This document shows, piece by piece, positions 24,449 through 35,456 of a DNA stretch of 64,000 nucleotides (its first letter is position 1; every line of letters starts with the position of its first letter). The notes under the pieces were generated by a model that was given only the letters and a program-made list of their open reading frames with translations, did not search any database and had not been told where the DNA came from. Position numbers and translations under genes: made by a program. The stretch is taken from NCBI GenBank assembly GCA_973895155.1, contig OZ316891.1, positions 5,861,708-5,925,707 on the forward strand, given 5' to 3'. The DNA is from Marsupella aquatica (taxonomy: Eukaryota > Plantae > Marchantiophyta).

Positions 24449-26599
24449 AGTGAGTGTACTTTCAACATATATTAAGTTTGGAGTTCGTCAGTTGAGAGAT
24501 ACAAGATTTTAGTAGATATAAATGAAACGTCACATGGTCAATTGGATATAAAACCATTATAATGAAAGAGTTAAAATCTTGCCTTATGAAAATGTGAATT
24601 GCATGCTTCCCAGGCTGGACTTAGCCCTTGACTTATCCTACCTTATGTGGGGTTGTTACCTAGTTTGATGCTGATGTTCTTAAATCCTTCTTACAAGAAA
24701 TGGGATTCTGAAGGATTTGTATTTCCCCTGCGAATAGTGGGGTTTGACAATTCTAGACTGTCATATGCGATTTGTATAGGCTTACCTACAAACACTAGAA
24801 CTGACCATCAATCTTTAACCATAATATCAATTTTGGGCTATGAGTTTTAAATGGGAAATGATACAGGCATGGGATGGATGCATGTGCTCTACTTACAAAA
24901 TAGAATTGTTCACAAAATTAAGAAATCAAAATCTAAACATTATTTAGTGAAAAAAATATTTTTCCTCATTAGCTCCACTTTGTTTTCCTACTTGGTAATT
25001 TCCTATATTTGAAGTGGGGGATACCGGGCTACCATTTAATATGGGAGTGCATCTCATTTACACACTTTTAATTTTTTCTCAACTGCAGTGTCAGCTTACT
25101 CCGGAAAAGGGTCCATAAGTGGGGGTTTTACTGGCAATCATGCGTGGGAGTGTGTCCATTTATGAATGTCAATATATTCAAATAAACTCAATTTTTTTGG
25201 AATGTGGTCCATGGAGGTTTCAAAGATCAACCTTGTGGTGAGCACTATGGTCTATGAGGGCCTCACATTCGTTTGTAGTTCGATCAAAAAGTGCAAGTAT
25301 TTTCTTTAATTACTGCCGGGCCAAGAACCAAGAATCAAGCTGTGAGACTTAGGAAGTATCGTGAGAGAGGGTGTGTGACATATTTACACAAGGTCCCCCA
25401 AAAGTGAAGAAGGTGGTGTGAATTTGGTCCAAAAGATGCACCTTTTTCCGCTTTGACCGGGTGACCAACTTCGGTAAGACTTTAGTGAAAATTAGTCAAT
25501 AAAAAAGCACTACGCAAGGTAAGGGCAATCGTCTCAACCAGAACGTGTCGACTATGTCACAAGTAGCCATTTCTCAAGTTAAGTCAATAATGATCCAAGA
25601 TTGGCCCATGTACTTCTTTTGACCACATTAAACTTGATCGGGAGTGAAGAAGTTCTAAAGCCGTCCCATGATTGTGCGAACTCATAGACTTGTGTCAAAC
25701 GTGGGCAGTGCGGTAGAAGTCCACCAGCACCTGTACTAGCAGGAAGTCTTAGTTGGTTCCAACCTTTAGGTCGTGGTCCATGACTTTAATTTAAGACACT
25801 AGTGTTCTAAAGAGGTGCTCCACCGTCAAACTTTGGAATTCTAGTTTACACTAGATCGATACAACCTGACGGAGGAGACGGGAAAACCGGCTGAATTTGA
25901 CGAAATCCACAATTCATGCATGTCCGGCCCATGCTATTGTCCGACTCCAGTGATGAACAAACCGAGACACTCCATACTCATTTGCACATGCACACTCTAG
26001 ATTTTAGAATATTGTCGGACTCCCATGATGAACGAGCTCAGATACTCCATGCCGAGTTGCACATACTCGAGATTTAGAAATAGTGCAAATTATAGATACT
26101 TTTTTTCGTCAAGTCCGAGCCTCCAAAAAGTTTGTCCTACGCATATTCCTCTAAAGGCTAATCACCAATCGAATTGTTAGTCCGGGAAGGCGCCTTTCTT
26201 GAATTGAGGTAACGAAACTTTTCGGTTCGGGTGATCGGAACCTGTCTAAGCTCAACAGCAAATGGATAGTCCCAGGCTCCGTAGATTTCTCCTGACCTTA
26301 CTCTGCATAGCAACTAATTAATACGTGTCCAGTTGTTACATGCATGGGCCAAGTGCTCCGGCTCTGAACATGAGTCATGCCCTTGAGGTTCGAACGTGAT
26401 TCACTGTGATTACAGTATGTTTATTTTTTGAAGGACTATGTCACCTTTGTTTGACACGACGTTTTGTCTTCTTGCTGCGTCACATTCGACGTTCGTCTCT
26501 GGAGAGTCTATTCGGGCGATTGTCCCGGCTTTGAGATTGCGATCTAATTTTTTCGAAAGACAAAATCGTTCAGCTTATACTTTTCGTATCTTAATTTTT

Positions 26600-26699
26600 T
26601 CGATTGCTCGGACCACAAGCAATTGAAGTCAAGGGAAAAAGAGATTATTTCTCGCATCTTAATTTTTCCCTTGACTTCAATTGTGGTCCGAGCAATCGA
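26600..26699. repeat. Near-perfect inverted repeat (37-bp stem, one 4-nt bulge, 22-nt loop)
   Basis: TCGATTGCTCGGACCACA(AGCA)ATTGAAGTCAAGGGAAAAA pairs with TTTTTCCCTTGACTTCAATTGTGGTCCGAGCAATCGA. Confidence 0.9.
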
Positions 26700-27450
26700 T
26701 CCCTATTGCTCGTGTAAATTGAAGTTGCAATCAATTGAAGTCAGATCTATTGAGGGTCAATTAAAGTCCGATTATATCATTTGAGGATTAATTGAAGCTA
26801 GTCCGGTTGATATATGGCTTCCATGTTGACCTTAATTTAGGCTCCTAAAGTTGTCATCAACGATCGAGCCTCAGATGCAGCGTAATCTTCAAAGAGCATG
26901 GCTTTCAATATCTGATCCATTTATCTGGTCGAGTAGAATGTACTGGGTCACACAACAATGACTTTGAAGCAAGCCTACGGAAGGAATACACGTACGAATG
27001 ATTGTACGAATCAGAGTAAAAATATTTATTTTTGGAGAGGGGATAGCTTCACATACTTTCCGGGGCAAAGATATCGCATTAACCCTATCCGGCGAGGATT
27101 CGAATTTGAAGTCTACGTCGGTTTGATGGTTGGAGTTTCAGGTTGTACAAAAGACTCCTGAGTCTGAAATCTTTCCCAGAATTTGAAAGTCAATCAAGAA
27201 GCTATGCAACCCAGGGTCGTTCACCGTGTCTTCAGAAGGTGCGTGCACGTGTGTCGGGTATTGTGTATATATATATCATTACCCACCTCCGGAAAAATAT
27301 CAGTCAAGATTCAGCGGAAGACATCACAGTCATGATTTAGCGATTCTCTGGTGCCTGTATAGCCAGTCTGACTAATTGTTCGGTCTGATCGCTTGTCTCG
27401 AGCTCCGTGTAGTTTGATACGGTTTATGAAATAATTACTCTTCGTAAAAC

Positions 27451-27458
27451 TATATAAA
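27451..27458 (+). promoter_or_regulatory. Putative TATA box of the GDSL gene
   Basis: TATATAAA 70 bp upstream of ATG 27521. Confidence 0.55.
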
Positions 27459-27520
27459 AAGTTTGTTCCTCAGAAGTATTACCTGTAGCCTCATAACTAC
27501 AAGCTACGTAGCTGAGCACC

Positions 27521-30500
27521 ATGTCTTCAGCGCAAGTTCGAGCGTTCGGGGCAATTGTGGTGCTCGGCGCCGTGATGTCCATAGCTATGACTGCAGTCCA
27601 TGCTGAGTTTTCTTCTTCCAATCCGTCCTGTCCAACAGGTTTCGCTAACTTTGGAGACTCACTGACCGACACTGGCAATACCGCTGATGTGTTCCCCTTC
27701 ATCACGGATGCGGAGAACCGCCCCTATGGCGAGACATTCTTTGGGAATCCTGCAAAACGATTCAGCAACGGGCGTCTCGTGCCCGACTTTTTCTGTGCGC
27801 TCTTCACAATTTACTACTTTCTTATCTACTACTTTCCTAGCTAGAACTTGGACTATTGTCATGCACCGCCCCTGGCTCTAGGGAAGCATCGATTGGAATG
27901 AGGGCAACATGAACTGACACAAATCAGATTATGCTTTGAATAATTTCAAACCTTTTCAGTTTTGGAACACAGTACGTCATTGAACGTTCGCGTCTTCTAG
28001 AGCTTTTGGCGACCCCTTTATTTAGGTTTTCGTTAGTATTTATTTTACTAATAAGCATTGTTTGAATATTTACAGCTCTAGCTTTCAAGAAGCCACTACT
28101 GGATGCGTACTTTTCAGTCGCTTCATTCGACTACGAATACGGGGTGAACTTTGCAAATGCTGGAGCAACTGCGGCTTTCAGCCCTAATGCAGTTACGCCG
28201 GTGTCCCTAACACCTGTGCAGACGAGTCAATTCATCCGATTTCAGAACAGCGTGGCAGCTACTCAAAATCAAATCGGTACGTAGGGCGATCAAACTTACG
28301 GGGTTCTCACAACTTTCATGCTAGCCACTATACAACCACTACCAGTAGAATTGAACGATGCTGAGTTAATTTAGATATTCTAACTGGTAATATTGCCCAG
28401 TTTAACGCGAGGTCGTTGGAGGTGATTCAAGGCATGATAATGTCAATGATATATTTGACAAAATGTCACAATAATTACCCGCAAACAGGAATGATTACTG
28501 ATTCAAAAGTGGTAAACATAGCTGGTTTCTTGAACTGGAACAAAAAGGTCAAAGCTTGACAACTCTGTCAGACAGTATTGGTCTCCCAAGAAAAATTGTA
28601 CTCACTTATTTATCATTATTCGATATATCACTCGGATTCGGTAGTCCGTCAAAATTTCTTCCCATTAATATAATGATCGAATACTTAGTCCGTCGGAATT
28701 TTTTCGCATTAATATGGTTTTCATTCTGGTTTTCTGGCGATCAACAATATTCTGAAGAGGATGCTACCAGATACCTGCAGATTCAGTCTTCGGGTACAAC
28801 CGACGAAGGCTTCAGTATCTGAAACAAGGAAGCATATGCAGTCCGGGCCGAAATCCTGAGAATTTTTTATCGATATGGAATGTTCGCTATCATTGAACAA
28901 GGTTTTCAAATCTGCCAAATGATTAAAGGTTCTCTCTCTGCTGGCATGAATTGCAGGATGTGTTGATTTCAAGGAAAAATTGCCCAGTTTGACGACTCCA
29001 TGGTCCAGTTGGCTGTACACTATCGCCGCTGGCGGTAATGACTTGTTGCCTCCAATCGAACAGGGTGTACCAGTCTCAGTAGTCAATGATACCCTTGTAC
29101 CACAAGCAGTCAACGGAGTTGTGGCTGCAATCGTTGTAAGTATATCTGATGGGATGCTCGTCCTTTCAAGTAAGAAGTTTCTGAACATCCATGCCAGCCC
29201 GCAACGAGCAGCCAGTGTGTTCGACTTGAGAACCTGTATTACATAGACTAACTTGGCGAGCAGACGATAAATGGAATGATAGCGTATACATGTTTCTATT
29301 ATTTTCCCGTATGGCATCGATCTTGGGAAGACTTTAGAAAGCACGAATAGCTGATTCATTTAAATTGGTGGCAAAGCGTCGCAAATTAACTTGAAATGCA
29401 ATCCTAGTGGGTCAATGTTTTAATTAGACTTGATTTCAAATGCGGCATCACATATCTGTTTGGCACATGCCAAATTGCCAATGCTAGAGCCTTCTATCTA
29501 CCAGAAGTACGCCTTCACCTGGTTCTGTTAATTAAAGAATCTCCACAGCTTTGTTATTGGAAGCTCAATATACGTTGCGTAACATGCCTTCTCGCCAATG
29601 TACATGCAGACTCTGTACCAGAGGGGCGCACGACAGTTCCTAATTTTCGGCATTCCTGCCAGTGGCTGTTCGACTGTCATCCTCACTTACCTGAGAAATG
29701 CAAACAATTCAACAGACTTTTTGGGCTGCAACATTGCTGTCAATAGCGTTGTTCAGCACTTCAACAGTCTCTTGCTCTCTAATATTAAATCTCTACGCCT
29801 AAACTTAACGGGAGCCAACATAGCTTACTTCGACTACTACAGCGCCAACATTGCGATTATTTCAAAACCCCTCCCTTTCGGTACGTGTCACTTCTATTGG
29901 TTTTTGCCCTATTTGTGTTCTCCCGTGAAGTGTTGACCTATGTTGTCCCTGCGGGAAGGTTTTTAAAAGATGTGATGATAGCAATGCAAGGATAACGGCT
30001 TCAGATATTTGTTCTTGTCCTGGTTTACGGTCCTGGATTAGATTTACATGCAGGTACGCCGTGAGACCCGCGCTTTCTAATTAGCAGCGTTTAACATATA
30101 TACGTACTGACAGCTACCTAGATGCCCTGACAGAGGTGTGCTTACAAATTGGTGAGGACAGAACTAGAGCCTTGTCCATATATCGTGACGCTAATTTCGA
30201 GCCTTCCTGTCCACTCTTGCATAACAGGATTCGATCCTGCGCTGACCACGACAGCTTGCTGCGGAGCTCCTGGAGTGGGGACTTTGAACTACAACCCGGC
30301 TGTGACATGCGGGCACCCAAATCTGGGCTCGAACAACTGTAACAACCCAGATCAGTATGTAAATTGGGACGGTGTACATTTCACGGAGGCTTTCTACCGG
30401 CAGATTGCTTCCTTTGCCTTGAATGGCCAATACACTGACGGGGGCATCAATTATGTGAAACTCTGCAACCTTGACTTTTCAAAGTGGGGCGCCGGAGTCA

Positions 30501-30550
30501 CTTTCCAGGGGGCCTATCCTCCCCAGAAGTGTAACAACCTATTTACCTGA
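27521..30550 (+). CDS. Secreted GDSL/SGNH esterase-lipase; 5 exons: 27521-27794, 28076-28276, 28957-29135, 29610-29880, 30228-30550 (415 aa)
   Basis: Signal-peptide-like N-terminus. Block I FGDSLTDTGN, PYGETFFG, RFSNGRLVPDF, GVNFANAGA, block III AGGND, TACCG and catalytic WDGVHFTE are present. GT..AG introns give 1248 nt in frame, the typical plant 5-exon GDSL layout. Confidence 0.93.
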
Positions 30551-33500
30551 TTGTCTTGTGATATTGAAGCCGGAAACTTGCTACCCAAGTTGAAGTCACG
30601 GTTTCGAAGGAAGTTTATTTATTACGTCTTCAACAGGCTAGGGATCAAAGACTGGTATCACATAGGCACCTCACTTAGCACATATAGTACGATATTGATT
30701 GGACAGGTGTGTTTTTTCTCTTCGATTACAGTAATAAGACTGGCTCCCATTGCCAATAAAAGCTATCGGTAACATATATGCAGTAAAATTCGGCTTATTT
30801 CCACGTACGCGAAGCAGAAGCCAGAGGACACTGACTAAGTTTTATCACTTCATGGTTGATGCGAAATTGACATCCAATTATTGTAAGAAATTTAATGGAC
30901 TCTCTATGTTGCATGGAAGAAAAGTCTATTTTCTCAGCGTAGCTAGAAGTTTCCAGAGACATATAGCCTTGTGGCACCAGAGTTGTGATACCCTAGCTTC
31001 TTCCAAATTAACTTAGGACAAAACGTAAATGTCCCGCCATACTTCTCTGGCAAGGCACAAATCATTGAGTTATTAATAACACCTGGCTAGCTACCACTGG
31101 AGTCGACCCGGCCCATGTACTAATTAACATATTAGTAGATAAGTCTCTAATTAAGTTTCGTTATTTCCAGGATAACAATCCCCAACTAGAGATGTAGAAG
31201 AAGAAGAGATAGCTAACGAAAGCTGTTGCCCGGCCAGGAAGTTGAAAATTGGACTGGTCAACATTGCAAAGCACTTAAAATCTTAGAGCTTGCGAAAATT
31301 CAGTTGTGATAGAATCATATTGATTAGATTGTGACTAACTAAAATTTACAATTAAACTCCTGTCATGTAGCATATCCTATGTGCAGATGGTAAGTCTGTA
31401 TAGCATAAATGGTGGAGGGAGGATTATGGTATTAATAGCATGGATGGTAGAGGGAGAAGCACTTTAGATGCATGTATGGTACAGGGGAAGACTTCGCCCT
31501 TTTTCTTTCTGCTTGAAAGAACGTGCATCCACATAGCTCTCTTGGAAAATATCTGGGGTGCATACTTGGGAGGAGCTTAAATTGCACAATGAAGAATCCA
31601 CAATTCCTCCAACATGTTATGACTGAGGGGGAAGAAGGCAGTTGAGTGACCAAAGTGCTGCCTCTACCCCCAAAATATAGACCCCAAAGTATGGCAAGTA
31701 GTTGGACACATGGACCAATCATAAGGCAAGATGTAGCATAGATTCCCCATCAACCTAAAAAAATGGGAACTTGAGTCTACTTTCTATCTTATGTGGAAAA
31801 ACAAAGAAAATCAAAATTTAGAATTGACTAAAAAAAAAGTGAGAACTTCAAAACTCCAGGTTTTAAAAAATTATTTAATTTGTATTTTACAGCCAACCTT
31901 TAAGTACATATAAAATATATAGCTCTGCCTGTTATCCAAGGGTTACTTATTTAGGAACCAGGTTTGTGTGAATATGTGTGTGTCACAAAAAAATTGCAAT
32001 GTCTCAAAATCACTCCCATAAATTACTTATCAAGTATATATTCTCTTTTTGACCTATTCAGACCCATACTTTAAGGAAGTTCACATTTTTTCCGGTGGAG
32101 GGAAGTCAAAGTATAAGTATTGACCCATAGATTAGTGACCCTCTCATAACCCACTTCTAGGTTTCTCCTCCCTTTTTCCTGAGTGGATTCTTAGGGAAAT
32201 AATAAATTCTAAAGAATCATCCACAACATGAACAACCAATTACCAATCATCTAGAAAGTTTGGTGTAAGTTACCTAGAAGAATTAACATACTGTTAGTTT
32301 CATGGTTGGGGTGAGAGATTAGGAATCAAAAGATTAGGAATCAAGACTAGGATTTAAGAACACCAATAGCAAACTAGGTAAAAATCCCACATAAGCTAGA
32401 ATAATTTCATTTCCTCTCGGGGTTCTTACGGCTTTCCTTTGATCCGACCCATCACACGTAAATAGGTGTAGGGTTTTTTATTGTCTTCCCGATTGTCTTT
32501 AGTAATTAAAAGACTTTTAACTTTTTGTGTCCGGAGAACATTAGGAATTCAGTTTTGAGAGTTCTACTAATCACATATTGTTTATAAAACCAAAAAATGA
32601 GAATATTCCAAAAATGTTCCAAAAACTTAGGGGTAAATTATCCCTTAAAAAAAGTTTAGTTGTACTACTTGAGTTTTAGGGTGTTTATTCCCCAAAAACT
32701 TTGCACATGATATTGGAGCCCCCTCTGAGTGAGGCCCCCAAATATTTCCTACCCGAGGAGGTGACAGTTCTGCCTTGCATTCGTGTTGGACAGAAGGATA
32801 TGTGCCATGCAAGGTGCCATGCCTTTGAGACGTTCCTACAACCCAAAATATTCTTCAAGGAGAGATGGGGCAGAAATGTCTTCAATTCTAGTTGTGGAAG
32901 TGATAAGTTGCCATTGTTAACCCTGGCTTTAGAATCAACTAGAATAACTATTACAGGATCATCTCACTAAGTGTATATTAACCTATCATTATCTAAGCTG
33001 TCAGTCATATTAGATACAAGCCAAGATACAAGCCAGAAGCCCTATTTTCTACCTATGGTTAATTGGGGTGCAAAAGTCAGGTTTCAATCTTAAGTAAGTT
33101 TAGTTGCAAACAGATGAGTATTTTCTACCTCAGCTTGTCGCGCGGGGTGTGGAAGTCAATTCAAGTTTCAATCTTAAGTAAGTTTAGTTGCAAACTGATG
33201 AGTTGACAACTTAGTTTGTAGTTGCAATCTTAAGACTTATTATTGAATGACACCAAAATGGTCTTTGGATTTCCAGGTGTCTGTTTGAATCTAGTCTTAT
33301 ATTATGACAAATCATTGACACAATTAAGGAACCCTTTTGAAAGTACATAACTTGGCCTGACTTGAGGTATTTGCTTGATGGGATCTCAAAATAAAAAGTG
33401 TTAATTGATAGGACCCTTGAGATTTTGGGTATGTCACTTGATTCAAGGTGATTCAAGGTCAATTAATAGTCTAAATCACTCATGGGTCCTGTCAAGTAAC

Positions 33501-35456
33501 ATTTTTCATTTGCGGGTCTCATCAAGCAAATATCTTGGCCTGACTTTAATTCTTTCTACAATATTGGAAACCCTTGTCTTCTTACCCTTGAGGTAACTAT
33601 GTAATCAAGACGGGTAAAACTATTATTGCCTGGCCATATATATTGAATATATGTAGATGTGATACAAGTGAGAAAACTGGTAGATAATGATGTTTTACAA
33701 TTCAATATATTGAGAATGGCATAGTTTATATATCACAGCACTCTGCAACTACACAACAACCTGTAAAGAATTTCAGTTGATGGCATTGTGATGCATGAGC
33801 TGGGAACCCAAAACATTTTAAGGTGTAATCATTGCAACCTGCGTAGGGAAAGGTAGTTTGCAAAAATGTTAGTTAAGTTGGAAAACCAGGATTTGCAAAC
33901 TATACAGTCTAAAATTTGATTTGTGGTAGGGGGAAAAAATATCTAGCTATGTATAAAAGAATCAAGGTTAATTTTGAATTCTTTAGCAAGGGTCCCTCAA
34001 CATATCTTACTTATAAATCTCCAACTACAAGCTAGAGTTGGGGCCTAGGCTTCTAGAGTGAAGCCTCTAGACCATAACTCCATGACTCATCATGTGGATG
34101 AGAAAACTCATGTCTATGATGTATGTCATGTCAAATGATAATCATGATCGACTTGCTTTTTGCTATGATTTTTATTTATATTAAAAACTAATCTCTATGG
34201 TCCCACCATATTATATGTGCATAAGTGGGATGTGGGATAGAAAAACTGAAAGTGGGATGTGCATAGAAAAGAGTACTATGGTATGTTATGTATGATTATT
34301 AAAATGATGATATGCATGATAATTTTTGTATCGTTTCATTAACCTTCAAAACATGTGAATAAGGAATATATTTTGGTGACATTTTTATTGTCCTCTCCAT
34401 TATTCACGTTCAAGAACGGGTAGTCGGGGCTAGTATAAAGAATCATTCAAGAGATACAATGAATGAAGGTCTCTCTCCCATCTCTTTGTTGACTTTTTGG
34501 GAGGACACTTTAAACTGGTAGATTCCAAACTGTTCAACTTGTTCCAAATTTTGTTCAACGGTCACCCAAAGGTATATTAATCAGGACTTTTAAGTGCATA
34601 TGAAAGGGACTTAAGTGGGACATCCTTCAATTTACTTTGCTTCACGCCAAAATATTGGTTTTACCAGTTTATCAGAATCTCCACCTTATTACCAACCCTG
34701 AAGACTGTCTTCATATCCACAACTTAGCTGATACAGGCATGTCTGAAAGTGGTCTTGTCTCAGCTCTTTTTTTATCCCATATATCCCAAGACAAATATAG
34801 CTATGCAAAAGAGGTCTCCACCCTGAATGTTAGTGTCAATTAGAACTCGAAGCCAAGCATGAATGTCCACTATTGGCATCAAAACATTACATTGGACTTT
34901 CACATCATGAGGTAAAATCACAATTCACTCATGTCTTTCAAATTGTCACTGCAAGTTGTGATATGAAGTAATCAAAAGACACTCTTTGGGATTTTTACTT
35001 TTAATTAGCTTGAGAAAGTGATATGCTCCGGGATATGCTAGCTTGTCAGCTGGAATCTAATTCTCAATGCAAATGTTCTTTGGTCGACTAGACAAATAGT
35101 TCTCTTCCCCGCAGAGGTAGATGAATGTACACTATATATCTCCACCGTTAAGCAAATGAAACAATTAATATTAATAAAGTTTTTCAAAACTGAGAAGCTG
35201 TTTGATCCTAGTGCAGATGACTAGCTAGTAATCATCTGAGAACAAAAAATAGGATCTATCGCAGCAGCCACTACATTAAACATATCTCAATTTCAACTCT
35301 CTGCGGCTGTGCATGATCTATGCTTCAATAAAGATAGGTTTCGCACAAACAGTAATTCCGGCTTTTCAAATTTTCGACATCTTTGGAAAATGTCTATAGG
35401 GACTCACTGACTTAATCCTATCATGTCTATAGGGACACACTGACTAAATCCTATCG

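Noticed and set aside
28721-29359. 212-aa minus-strand ORF
   Set aside because: Antisense to GDSL exon 3 and its introns; no domain.
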